Notes under the pieces: model-generated
Seen by the model: only the letters and a program-made list of their open reading frames with translations
Databases searched by the model: none
Told to the model about the DNA's origin: nothing
Assembly (NCBI GenBank): GCA_963723725.1
Contig: CAVRSA010000009.1
Coordinates: 635,004 to 699,003, forward strand
Source of the DNA: Candidatus Acidiferrales bacterium
Lineage (GTDB): Bacteria > Acidobacteriota > Terriglobia > Acidiferrales > UBA7541
DNA length: 64,000 nucleotides
Direction of reading: 5' to 3'
Shown: positions 18,539-27,680 of the stretch, piece after piece
How the letters are laid out: the number at the start of each line of letters is the position of its first letter
How positions within the stretch are numbered: position 1 is the first letter of the stretch
Made by a program: the position numbers and the translations under genes

Positions 18539-19840
18539 ATGCCCGAGGCAAAGATAGGTGCACCAACGGATCGTACCGACAAGGCGTCTGTTGGTATTGG
18601 ATTTTGGGCTCTTATTGCGACGCAGTTCCAGGGAGCGTTCAGCGATAATGCGCTGAAGTGGCTGGTTAGCTTCCTGGTCCTCGAATCGGCTTCGAGCAAA
18701 GAATATCGGGATTTTCTATTTGTGCTGGTCGTGCCGCTGGTATTTGCAGTTCCCTTCCTTGTGTTCTCGATCCCCGGTGGTTATTTTGCAGACCGCTTCA
18801 GCAAACGAAGCGTCACGATCTGGACGAAGATCCTCGAAGTGGTCGTGATGTGCGGTGCTACGTATGCACTGTGGGTGCACAGGCTGGATTTTGCCGCAAT
18901 CGCGCTGTTCTTCGCGTGCATGCAAGGGGCAATCTTCGGACCGTCTAAATATGGCTTAATGCCGGAACTACTACCGACAAGCAGGCTCAGCTGGGGCAAC
19001 GGAGTGATCGAGTTGTGGACACTCATCGCCGCGATTTTTGGGACGCTGGCCGGCGGATACCTTGCACATCATAACCGGGGACAGCAGTTGTGGTCGGGAT
19101 TATTTCTCCTGGGGCTTTCAATCGCGGGATTGTGCATGAGTTTCGGGATAACGCCCGTCCCCGCGGCTGATCCAAACCGGGCGTTTTCATGGAACTGGGC
19201 TAAGGAACTGTCTGAGGAAATTCAACGGATGCGCCGGGACGCGGTCCTTTGGGTGGCGGTCATTGCGAATACGTTCTTCTGGTTTCTGGGTGCCATTCTG
19301 CTCCTGAATATCGTTCTGTATGCTACTGACATCTTACGCGTTGACGAAGCGCATAGTAGTTATCTGCTGGCCTCATTGAGTTTGGGAATTGGCATGGGGA
19401 GTTTTATTGCGGGATATGCCTCTGGGCGGAAGATTGAGTTGGGAATGATTTTGCCAGGCCTTACCGGGATTGTTCTGCTGACCCTGGCGCTTTCGGTACC
19501 AGGCCTGAATTACCTGACGACGTTACTGTTGCTGGCGGGACTCGGTGCTTGCGCAGGATTTTTTGTTGTGCCGGTGAACGCCCTGATTCAGAACCGGCCG
19601 AGTCCGGAACACAAGGGCCGGGTGCTCGGCGCAGCGAACCTGCTTTCATTCGGGGGGATCGCCTTGCAGCCACTCGTGCAGTACGCGATGTTGCGATTGG
19701 GGCACCCCGACGCGGGGCACGTGTTCTTCATCTGCGCAGCAGCATGTGTGCTGATGGCTATGGTGTTGACTCAGATGCTACCGGAATTGGGGCCAAGCGC
19801 GCTGCGCTGGACTCGGCTGAGGCAGAGGGCTAGTCTATAG
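18539..19840 (+). CDS. MFS transporter (lysophospholipid transporter LplT-like)
   Basis: 433 aa with about 12 TM. The MFS motif-A-like segment is GGYFADRFSKRSV. The N-terminal ...FQGAFSDNALKWLV... resembles LplT-type MFS proteins. Confidence 0.75.
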   Translation: MPEAKIGAPTDRTDKASVGIGFWALIATQFQGAFSDNALKWLVSFLVLESASSKEYRDFLFVLVVPLVFAVPFLVFSIPGGYFADRFSKRSVTIWTKILEVVVMCGATYALWVHRLDFAAIALFFACMQGAIFGPSKYGLMPELLPTSRLSWGNGVIELWTLIAAIFGTLAGGYLAHHNRGQQLWSGLFLLGLSIAGLCMSFGITPVPAADPNRAFSWNWAKELSEEIQRMRRDAVLWVAVIANTFFWFLGAILLLNIVLYATDILRVDEAHSSYLLASLSLGIGMGSFIAGYASGRKIELGMILPGLTGIVLLTLALSVPGLNYLTTLLLLAGLGACAGFFVVPVNALIQNRPSPEHKGRVLGAANLLSFGGIALQPLVQYAMLRLGHPDAGHVFFICAAACVLMAMVLTQMLPELGPSALRWTRLRQRASL

Positions 19841-19893
19841 AAGAGCCACCACGGGCGCGGATACCGCGACAACCGGCTCAAACGGGACAACGT

Positions 19894-21411
19894 ATGGCTA
19901 CAGGCACCGTAATCGCGGGCTCTCGCTCAGAGCACCGCGGGCTAGCGTATTGGATGGAGCGGGTTCTCGACGAACTCGACAAGGTAGAAGCAGCACCGGC
20001 AGATCTCGACGCGGTTCACGACTTACGTGTAGCGATACGGCGATGCCGATCGGTAGCCGCGGTGATGGAGGAAGTTGACCCTCACGCCTCGTGGAACGAA
20101 ATGCGCAGGTACCCAAGGAAGTTGTTTCGCGCGCTGGGCCAGTTGCGGGACACGCAGGTACTCGGGGAATGGGTTCGGAAGCTGTCAACAGACGGCGATT
20201 TGATTCGCGAGCGGCTGCTCGCCGAATTGACGAAAGAGGAAAAAGAGTACATCGCGGAATCGAGCCGTGTGGCGGCGAAATTCGACCCTAAAACCTGGAA
20301 AAAGTACGTACGGGAATTGCGAAGCCGCTCGCAATTCGTGCCAAACGATAGCCTCGCGGCAGAATGTCTGGCGCTCGAGCGATTGGAAGCGGCCAAACTT
20401 CTGCACGCCAGAGCGTTGCGGACGACAAAGCCCACGGCATGGCATGAACTACGGATTGGTGTGAAGAAATTTCGCTATACCGTTGAAAGCCTCCTCCCTG
20501 CGAAGTATGCGGTATGGGGCGAGGGCCTCAAGCGTGTGCAGGATCTGCTCGGTGAAGTGCATGACTTGAGCGTACTGACGGAACGCATCGAACAAGTAGC
20601 GACACCTGAACTGAAGGAATCGAAGGACGCGTGGAGAGAACGGCTTCACAGCGAGACGACGAATCGACTGGAGAGCTATCGCGAACTGACGTTTGGAAAG
20701 ACAAACCTTTACCACGATTGGCGTATCGGATTGCCACAGAACGAGCGGTTGGAAAGGGCTGGAATGGCACGGTTGCGGGTGACGGCGAGATCACTTGATC
20801 TAAACGCCCGGCGAACTGGTCGCATATCGTCGTTGGCGATGCGGTTGTACGGAGGACTCGCACGGGCACATGCAACACCGGAGCTCGCGAATAAGAAATT
20901 GCGGAAAGTGATGCGGGCAGCGGCTAGGCTTTATGGCATCGGGTCAGGACTGGGGACGAAGAAACCGGAAAAGGCGGCACGGGATTTACTGCTCGAAATG
21001 GACGCCCCTGCAGGCTGGAACGCGGAAGATTGGAACCTCGTAGCGACTATAGTTCGGTATCACCGCGGAAGGCAGCCCGACGAAAAGCATTCGGCGTTCG
21101 CGAAATTGAGTGAAGAAGAACAGGGGAAAGTCTGCGTGTGCGCGGGGATACTGCGATTGGCGCGGGCGTTACATAAATGCGGAGTTGAAAGTCCAATTGG
21201 CGTGAAGGTGGAATCGTCGGTTGACGCGGTGATCGTGAATGTGCCGGGTTTGATTGACACGGAAGAAACGGCGGCAGGAATTGCGGCGGGAAAACATTTG
21301 CTGGAAACGTGTATCGGCCGTCCGTTGCTGCTAAAGCGCGTGGAAATATTGAAGGTGGTCGAACTCCGGAAGGTAACCGAGCGGGTGCAGACCGCCGTAG
21401 CGTCGGATTGA
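19894..21411 (+). CDS. CHAD-domain protein with a C-terminal degenerate Ppx/GppA HD-like module
   Basis: 505 aa. The N-terminal ~290 aa carry the CHAD signature (...AVHDLRVAIRRCRSVAAVM..., ...HELRIGVKKFRYTVE..., ...EVHDLSVL...). The C-terminal ~215 aa align by eye to the Ppx C-terminus encoded at 22192..23736. Confidence 0.8.
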   Translation: MATGTVIAGSRSEHRGLAYWMERVLDELDKVEAAPADLDAVHDLRVAIRRCRSVAAVMEEVDPHASWNEMRRYPRKLFRALGQLRDTQVLGEWVRKLSTDGDLIRERLLAELTKEEKEYIAESSRVAAKFDPKTWKKYVRELRSRSQFVPNDSLAAECLALERLEAAKLLHARALRTTKPTAWHELRIGVKKFRYTVESLLPAKYAVWGEGLKRVQDLLGEVHDLSVLTERIEQVATPELKESKDAWRERLHSETTNRLESYRELTFGKTNLYHDWRIGLPQNERLERAGMARLRVTARSLDLNARRTGRISSLAMRLYGGLARAHATPELANKKLRKVMRAAARLYGIGSGLGTKKPEKAARDLLLEMDAPAGWNAEDWNLVATIVRYHRGRQPDEKHSAFAKLSEEEQGKVCVCAGILRLARALHKCGVESPIGVKVESSVDAVIVNVPGLIDTEETAAGIAAGKHLLETCIGRPLLLKRVEILKVVELRKVTERVQTAVASD

Positions 21412-21551
21412 AGAAAGTGCTCCCCGCCCTTCCGCATGAATGAGCGGTGGCTTATCGGCTGCTGTCTCACCCCTATTCGAACATTCCTGATTTCACGAAT
21501 TGCCATGAAATCGCCCGGCGACCTGCCGCGTCTTCCACTGATTGTCTGTAG

Positions 21552-22052
21552 CTACTTGCCTATCTTCCGAAGGAGTTTTGGAGTGGAGAGCCAGACCAGC
21601 TCTCCTGAAGGAGGAGACAGCCGCTTCAGTTCGATGAGCGCGACTCCTGCCTTTTTGAGCGATGTGATGTGGTGTTTCGAAGCAAGTGAGGTGGCGATCA
21701 GGTCGTCAAGGTGCGGTGCGTGACCGAAAAGAAACACAATGGAGTTGTCCTTGTCCCTGGAAAGTTCGCGGAAGAGCTGCAAGGGTTCGGCGCCTGGCAA
21801 GAGCAGATCCGATTTGCGTATTTTGTCCTTGGGATACTCGAGGACTTTTGCAAACAGTTCTGCTGTCTGCACCGCACGAACGAATGGGCTGGAAATCATA
21901 AGATTGGGGACGGACGCGATTCGGGCGACCCCGATGGCGGCGGTCTTGGTTTTCTCGACGCCTTCCTCGGTGAGGAATCGCTCGGGGTCGGGCGGACACT
22001 TGGGATCTTCGCGGTCGATAGCGATGCCGTGTCGGACGATATACAACTCCAT
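21552..22052 (-). CDS. sixA: Phosphohistidine phosphatase SixA (histidine phosphatase superfamily)
   Basis: 166 aa. The N-terminal catalytic RHG motif is in MELYIVRHGIA. The second His motif is in ...VFLFGHAPHL.... Confidence 0.8.
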   Translation of the reverse strand: MELYIVRHGIAIDREDPKCPPDPERFLTEEGVEKTKTAAIGVARIASVPNLMISSPFVRAVQTAELFAKVLEYPKDKIRKSDLLLPGAEPLQLFRELSRDKDNSIVFLFGHAPHLDDLIATSLASKHHITSLKKAGVALIELKRLSPPSGELVWLSTPKLLRKIGK

Positions 22053-22191
22053 TGGTGATTAACCCTCCTTGTGACATTTTAGGGGAGTTACCGCGAATGC
22101 AATATTAAAAGTGGGATAGCAGGCTGAATGAGTTAGGGTAGGGGCTTGCGTCTGGGGCACTTTTGCCCCCTGCGGCAAATGCGGCGATCGT

Positions 22192-23736
22192 TCAGGCGGT
22201 TTCGGGTTGACGGAAATAGACCTTCAGATGGAATTCTTTTTCGAACAGATCAGCGCTGCGTTGCGCGTCAAGAATGTCCTCAGTGACGTCACCGCGAGCG
22301 GTCAGTTTGATTGAAACCGCGTTCCGTTGAAAGGACGTCACGAGCTTCTGGATACGCTGGCGATGCGAATGATCAAGCCCTTCGGCAATGCGAAGAATTG
22401 CCGAGAGCCGGCGCGCAACGCGCTGGTCGTTGTCGTTCAGCGCAGAATAGGCCGGGTGATGACGGTCGGGCTCTGATTTGCGATTGTGATAGCGAGCGAG
22501 GGCAGCGACGATGTTGCGGTCCCGGCCTTCGAGTCCGGGGATATCTCCATTTAATGCAAGATACTCGCCATGTTTGTGATGGGCGCGATGGCTGATCCGG
22601 TGGCCTGCATCGTGGAGAAGCGCTCCGGCTTCAAGTTGTACCCGGGCTTGGGGCGGGAGGTGATGGATCGACTGCAGGTGATCAAAGAGCATGATGCTGA
22701 GTTCGCGAACATGCTCGGCGTGCTGTTGATCGTAGTCAAGCCGGCGGCCGAACGCCCGAGTAGCAGCGAGTAACTGGCGAGCGGCGACGTTGTAGCGATG
22801 TGGCTCCTTGCGAGAAAAGGCCTCACGGGCGATTTCATGCAGCAGACCTTCGCGAATGCCAACACTCGGAATAACGAATCGACGAATATTCAGGTAGCGA
22901 CCGAGGACGGCAAAGATGATCGCGGCAATACCCATGACGTCGGCACGATCGCGGCGCACACCATAGGCTTTCATACGCGCTCGCAGGTCGCGCTGCAGAA
23001 TATCGGGCAAGCGCTCGCGCAGCAACGACAGTTCGAGCGTCGGTAGGCCGTCCTGACGCGGCCCAGGGGCGATGGCCGCCAGAGTCTCGGCATTGCCGCC
23101 GAGCGCAACGCAAACTTCTTCGATAAGATTCGGGCGATCGGGAAGTCGCGACTCGAGAAGTGCGCGAACGTAGCGTCGGACCTGCTCTCCCTGAACGGGA
23201 CGAATAATTCCGTGAATGCCAAGCGTGGTCATTAGGCGAACTGTGCCAACTGGAAGCTGCGCGGCTTGCGCGACGGTGTGATCGCGAAGAATGCTGAGTT
23301 CAAGGCTGCCTCCGCCTAAATCGACGACGCACCGAGGCTGGGCTTCCGGACCAAGCGCAGCGATGACCGCTTCCCTGCCAAGGCGAGACTCTTCTTTCGC
23401 GCTGATAACTTCGAGCGTGATCCCAGTCGCCTTCTTCACCGCGCGAATCAACTGATTACGATTCTGGGCTTCTCTGGTGGCGCTGGTGGCAACGGCGCGG
23501 TATTTGTTAACGCCATGCTCGTCCATGATCTCGCGGAGATGGCGAAAGGCCTTGATTCCCTTTTTTAGGGTTTTTTCGTTGAAGCGATGCCGAACAAAAA
23601 CGCCTTCACCGAGGCGGAGAGTGTAGCGTTCTGTAGTCAGGGGCTCGATATCGAGGGCGGAATAGGCCCGAGCGATCGAGAGGCGCACTGCATTCGAGCC
23701 GGCATCGATGGCGGCAATGTGGATCGGCTCGCTCAT
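22192..23736 (-). CDS. ppx: Exopolyphosphatase / guanosine pentaphosphate phosphohydrolase (Ppx/GppA family)
   Basis: ORF 22192..23901. I prefer the ATG at 23736 (MSEPIHIAAIDAGSNAVRL), 7 nt after the upstream stop. ASKHA motifs are DAGSNAVRL and DLGGGSLE. The C-terminal HD-like module has LLHDAGH, HHKHGEY, ARYHNRK and ILRIAEGLD. Confidence 0.9.
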   Translation of the reverse strand: MSEPIHIAAIDAGSNAVRLSIARAYSALDIEPLTTERYTLRLGEGVFVRHRFNEKTLKKGIKAFRHLREIMDEHGVNKYRAVATSATREAQNRNQLIRAVKKATGITLEVISAKEESRLGREAVIAALGPEAQPRCVVDLGGGSLELSILRDHTVAQAAQLPVGTVRLMTTLGIHGIIRPVQGEQVRRYVRALLESRLPDRPNLIEEVCVALGGNAETLAAIAPGPRQDGLPTLELSLLRERLPDILQRDLRARMKAYGVRRDRADVMGIAAIIFAVLGRYLNIRRFVIPSVGIREGLLHEIAREAFSRKEPHRYNVAARQLLAATRAFGRRLDYDQQHAEHVRELSIMLFDHLQSIHHLPPQARVQLEAGALLHDAGHRISHRAHHKHGEYLALNGDIPGLEGRDRNIVAALARYHNRKSEPDRHHPAYSALNDNDQRVARRLSAILRIAEGLDHSHRQRIQKLVTSFQRNAVSIKLTARGDVTEDILDAQRSADLFEKEFHLKVYFRQPETA

Positions 23737-23743
23737 CTCAGAG

Positions 23744-24592
23744 CTAGCGCCAAAGATGCGCGAGGGCGGCAGACGGGGTGTACTTGCTCGCTCGGATGCT
23801 GAGCTGTTCGCCGATACGGAGGCGGAGTTGCTTATTAACGGTAGAGACGCTGGCTTCGCCATCGAGTTCGATGAAATTGTTGCGCTTTGCCATAACTTCA
23901 AATTCCCGCTTGATCATGGTCTGGTAACGAACGAAAGACCAGTAGAGGTCGTGTGAAAGAGACATATCGCGGCCCGCTTCCCAATAGCTGATGGCCTGGG
24001 CTTTCTTGAATTCGCGTCCGAAGGCAGTTTCCGGACGGAGATTCAGCCAGAACGTGAGATGCGGTCGAAGAGCCATGGCGTAAAGACCCGTCATGTAATC
24101 GCGATTGATGCCACGAACAACTCCTCGCGCGATGAGGGTAAAAATGAAGCGGTCCGCCAGGACAACCGCGCCCGAACGTAGCGCAGGGACGATACGATGC
24201 TCGAGCTGGTCAAAAAAGTCAGTCGCGTACATCAGTGCCAGAGTTAGCCGCGTCACAGCGTTGCGTGCCAGTAGCTGATCGATATCGCGGCCAACGAGAT
24301 TCGAACGGCGAAGACCACTGGTTTGCACCGAGAATCCTTCGGACTCGAGCCATTCCTGAAGAAGCGCGATTTGGGTCGAGCGACCGGAGCCATCCATGCC
24401 CTCAATCACAACGAGCGTACCGTTCAGTTCGCTCGGATCGAGTCCGACGAGGGATTCCCCGAAAAAAGATTGTGAATACTCTGGCTCCGGAACACCGCTC
24501 GGAGCGGGCTTGGTGGGCGAGGCAGGTACCGGTGCGGCTGCTTCGGGAGCGCTGGCCTGCGGAGCGTGCTTCTCTTTTTCTTGGTCGGGCAT
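23744..24592 (-). CDS. Thymidylate-kinase-fold protein, paralogue B (P-loop GSGRST; Pro/Ala-rich N-terminal extension)
   Basis: ORF 23744..24613. The ATG at 24592 lies 1 nt after the upstream stop (TAA c ATG). The P-loop is VVIEGMDGSGRSTQ, with an Arg codon CGC at 24380-24382 where Lys is canonical. A DRF motif is in VLADRFIF. Confidence 0.7.
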   Translation of the reverse strand: MPDQEKEKHAPQASAPEAAAPVPASPTKPAPSGVPEPEYSQSFFGESLVGLDPSELNGTLVVIEGMDGSGRSTQIALLQEWLESEGFSVQTSGLRRSNLVGRDIDQLLARNAVTRLTLALMYATDFFDQLEHRIVPALRSGAVVLADRFIFTLIARGVVRGINRDYMTGLYAMALRPHLTFWLNLRPETAFGREFKKAQAISYWEAGRDMSLSHDLYWSFVRYQTMIKREFEVMAKRNNFIELDGEASVSTVNKQLRLRIGEQLSIRASKYTPSAALAHLWR

Positions 24593-24593
24593 G

Positions 24594-25355
24594 TTATTCC
24601 GACTCCGCGACACGGGGAGCGAATCGCTTGAGATCGATCTTAGAAGCGACGATATCGCGCATCTGTTTTTGCAGTTTATTTACGGGAAGGGTTCCGTCGA
24701 GAACGACGAAGTTGTCGGAATCGACCATTTTGTCGTACTCCTCAAGAATGCGTGCCTGGAATAGGCGAAAGCTTTCCGCACGATCGTAGGAGAGCCCCAT
24801 GTCCATCCCCGCCTCATAATACTTTAGTTTGGGGCGGCCGCTCAGAATGCGGTTTACCGCCACATCGAGCGGAGCGCGGAAATAGAAGGTGATGTCAGGT
24901 ACAGGAGCAAAGCGGTAGAGATTGCGCAACCAGCGATGCGAGCAGCCTCGGGCGGCATCGCGCGCAAAGGCAGTGTAGATATAACGGTCGGCGAGCACAA
25001 GGTAATCTCCCTGCAGCAGCGGCATGATTTGGCGCTCGCAACGATCCGCAAAATCGGAAGCATGCAGGAGGGAGAAGGTGGTTGGAGTAAGCAGCCGCTT
25101 CTGTTTACCACGTCGCGTGGCGGACTTGACCAGTGGCGAGGAATTCCACTCGGTAAAGTGGAGGCGGTAGCCGCCAATTTCGAGCCAGCGCTTCAGTAGA
25201 TACAGTTGTGTACTCTTGCCCGAACCATCCGTACCTTCAACGACGATGAGTGCGCCAGGATATGCCCGACTGGGGACCGGGCGACCGGGTTGCGGCAGCG
25301 TGGTTTTGCTGGCTTCGGTTCGAGCCGGTTTAGAGGTTGAGTCTAGAGTATCCAT
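24594..25355 (-). CDS. Thymidylate-kinase-fold protein, paralogue A (canonical P-loop)
   Basis: 253 aa. The P-loop is IVVEGTDGSGKSTQL and the DRY motif is in VLADRYIYT. Overall Tmk-like layout, but longer than the roughly 210 aa I recall as typical for Tmk. Confidence 0.75.
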   Translation of the reverse strand: MDTLDSTSKPARTEASKTTLPQPGRPVPSRAYPGALIVVEGTDGSGKSTQLYLLKRWLEIGGYRLHFTEWNSSPLVKSATRRGKQKRLLTPTTFSLLHASDFADRCERQIMPLLQGDYLVLADRYIYTAFARDAARGCSHRWLRNLYRFAPVPDITFYFRAPLDVAVNRILSGRPKLKYYEAGMDMGLSYDRAESFRLFQARILEEYDKMVDSDNFVVLDGTLPVNKLQKQMRDIVASKIDLKRFAPRVAESE

Positions 25356-25581
25356 TCAATGGCTTACGAAAAGCGGTTCAGAATGTGGAGCTTAGTCTTT
25401 CATTGTTACACGAACATTACAACATGGGTATCGGTTCTAAGGAAAGAGCCGACGAGTAAGTCGAAATACGGGGGCTGCTTGTCGGCCGTGTCGCGGAGGC
25501 CGAGTGGTGTCTCGCTCGGCGGGGAACGAAAAGGAGATCGCGCAGGCCAGCACGCCCGATCCCCGGGACATTAATTGTCAA

Positions 25582-27498
25582 CTATGGTGAAATGGGCGCG
25601 AGAAGATGCGAGACAGGGCTGGTCGAGGCATCCTTAGGGGCACTAATCCTATGATTGCTATCAACTGAAAACAGATAGTAATTGGTTAGATAGTGCTTGT
25701 GGTGATAGCGATTGCCGTGCAATTGCATGAACATCTCTGCGGACCAGGGGAGCCAGAGTGTTGCGTTGCCGCTTTCGAACCTAACCGGGCCATAGTCGAC
25801 CAGCAGATGATCCATTGTGAGCTCTAGCTGAACAACCGGTCGTATTAAATCGGTCTCAACCCGTAACAGGTCGTAGTTGCTTGTGGAAAGCCAGAAGCGC
25901 CCCTTCAGAGGCAAGTCTACGATCTGTCCGTTCTTGCGCCACTCGCGGATGGAATTGGAAGAATCTTTTGCCTGCTCGAAACGAATTTGCCACGTGGCTT
26001 CCCCGCGCACGCTGGTAAGGCCTTCGCATCGATACTGATAGTTGCTTCCGGTTGCGGCTTGCAGGATGGAAACTCCGAGTGAATTCAATCCCGTGGTGGC
26101 GAGAGGCGTCGGAAACGTAGAGAGGTCATTCCCTTCCAAACGGTCTTCTTCAAGATAAAACGAGCCAGGCGGCCCTTTGTGGACGAAGACGATGTAGGAG
26201 AACTCCTTCGATCGTTGGACGCCGGGGACCCCATACCGATTGACCTGCTGGTGTTCGATTCGTTCGGTGGCCGAGAACTTTTCGAAGTTCATCAATTGAG
26301 AATTGAGTCGCTGGTTCGCGCGGGCAAGAACCTCGGACAGGTTACAGCCGACGCCGTTCGCGACGCGGTATTCCCTGCTGTCAATATCGGGCGGAGCCCA
26401 GGGACCCTCTTCGAGGGGCACCAGTCCTACTGAGACGACTTGAGGGAGGGGCAAGTCTCCGATGACATTGACCGACGGTTCTTCCGGAACGGTTCGCGAC
26501 AGGGTTTGCAGATTGATCTTCGCCTTTTGCGCGGAAGGATCATTGGGGAAATCAGCGAGCAAGCGTTCCCAAGTCTGTTTGGCGCCCGAGTTTTTGTGCT
26601 CGGCAAACTGAATTTCACCGAGCAGAAAGACCACCGGAGCACTCTTTTCGCCTGCGAGCCGTACACCTCGCTCGGCATGGGTCTCCGCTTCCGAGAAGCG
26701 TCCTGCCCGGGCGTAGGCGGTGGCCAGCAGGAAATGTATGCGCCAGTCCGCGCCGTTCAGGTCGAACGCCTTTTCAAGGACCACGATGGCCGAAGAAGTA
26801 TCGCCGGTCTCGAGATCGATCTCAGCAAGGGCCAGAAGAACTCGCTGGTTGCTAGGCTCGATGTTTAAAGCGCTATTGAAGGACAATCTGGCGGCATCGA
26901 GATCTCTCAGCCCGAGTTCGGATGTTCCCAAAAGGTAGAGTACATCGGGATTGCCGGGCGCCATCTTGGAAGCCTTCAGGAAATGAGCTCGCGCGACGGC
27001 ATACTCCTTTTTTCGCGCCGCCGCCAGACCCTTTTCAATTTCGTTTTGCAGCTTCGGAGACATCACGACCCGGCCGGGCGGAAGGCTTGCCGTGGGGCTG
27101 CTGGCCTCGTTCTGCAGATAAATGTAGACCGAAAAATCTCCGCCAAAGCTGACTACAGTCACCGGCTCGGTTTTTGTCTGGTAACCGGTGGCGCGAACCT
27201 CGACTTCGTAGTCACCCGGGGCCACGTTCTGGAAACTCGCGGCGGCGCCTTCGCCTGTGGCGCTTTTGACGTCGTAACTTCCGACGACAGAATGAAGGTG
27301 GACAAAAGCCGGAAACTCGAGAGGGAGCCCCCTGGCATCGCGAACGCAGATTTTTACGGTGATGGGAGTCGTCTGCATGGTGGGAATATCCGATCCGCGG
27401 ACGGGGGGATGCTGAGCGAAAACCGGGGAGAGCAGGCCAACCAGGCAAGAAATGGCAGTAACGAAGCGCACCGCAATTAGAGTTCGTAGGAGAGCCAT
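25582..27498 (-). CDS. Secreted CarboxypepD_reg-like + TPR protein with uncharacterised C-terminal domain
   Basis: 638 aa with a signal peptide. The Ig-like beta-sandwich segment is ...GDYEVEVRATGYQTKTEPVTV.... TPR-like repeats span about aa 150-330. I recognise no motif in the ~300 aa C-terminal region. Confidence 0.6.
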   Translation of the reverse strand: MALLRTLIAVRFVTAISCLVGLLSPVFAQHPPVRGSDIPTMQTTPITVKICVRDARGLPLEFPAFVHLHSVVGSYDVKSATGEGAAASFQNVAPGDYEVEVRATGYQTKTEPVTVVSFGGDFSVYIYLQNEASSPTASLPPGRVVMSPKLQNEIEKGLAAARKKEYAVARAHFLKASKMAPGNPDVLYLLGTSELGLRDLDAARLSFNSALNIEPSNQRVLLALAEIDLETGDTSSAIVVLEKAFDLNGADWRIHFLLATAYARAGRFSEAETHAERGVRLAGEKSAPVVFLLGEIQFAEHKNSGAKQTWERLLADFPNDPSAQKAKINLQTLSRTVPEEPSVNVIGDLPLPQVVSVGLVPLEEGPWAPPDIDSREYRVANGVGCNLSEVLARANQRLNSQLMNFEKFSATERIEHQQVNRYGVPGVQRSKEFSYIVFVHKGPPGSFYLEEDRLEGNDLSTFPTPLATTGLNSLGVSILQAATGSNYQYRCEGLTSVRGEATWQIRFEQAKDSSNSIREWRKNGQIVDLPLKGRFWLSTSNYDLLRVETDLIRPVVQLELTMDHLLVDYGPVRFESGNATLWLPWSAEMFMQLHGNRYHHKHYLTNYYLFSVDSNHRISAPKDASTSPVSHLLAPISP

Positions 27499-27680
27499 GC
27501 GACTACCCTGCCAGGGAGATTTGTAGAGTATGGAGGTTATGTGCGGAGGTCAAGAACAGAAGCGAGGGCAAACCGGACCAGGGTCGCCGGGATATTTTTC
27601 AAGAGGAGGCATTTTGTAACGTGGAAGGTTTGTGCAAGAATATCGGAAATCGGTACTGACCCATCATCACCCAGGAACTC

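Noticed and set aside
23737-23901. 5' extension of the ppx ORF overlapping the upstream Tmk-fold gene. Analogous extensions are aroC 38001-38135, GT39 53951-54088, hypothetical 59997-60110, GT9 63887-63952 and YciI-like 13785-13907.
   Set aside because: The conserved N-termini begin at internal ATGs that sit just after the upstream stop or a Shine-Dalgarno-like sequence. The extensions are low-complexity and overlap neighbouring genes.
23744-25355. Interpretation of the two P-loop kinases as PPK2 polyphosphate kinases.
   Set aside because: The Walker A reads DGSG(K/R)ST with a downstream DR(Y/F), which is the thymidylate-kinase pattern. It is not the PPK2 pattern I recall (D(A/G)AGKGG plus DRSWY). 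PPK2 is related in fold, so only a profile search can settle this.
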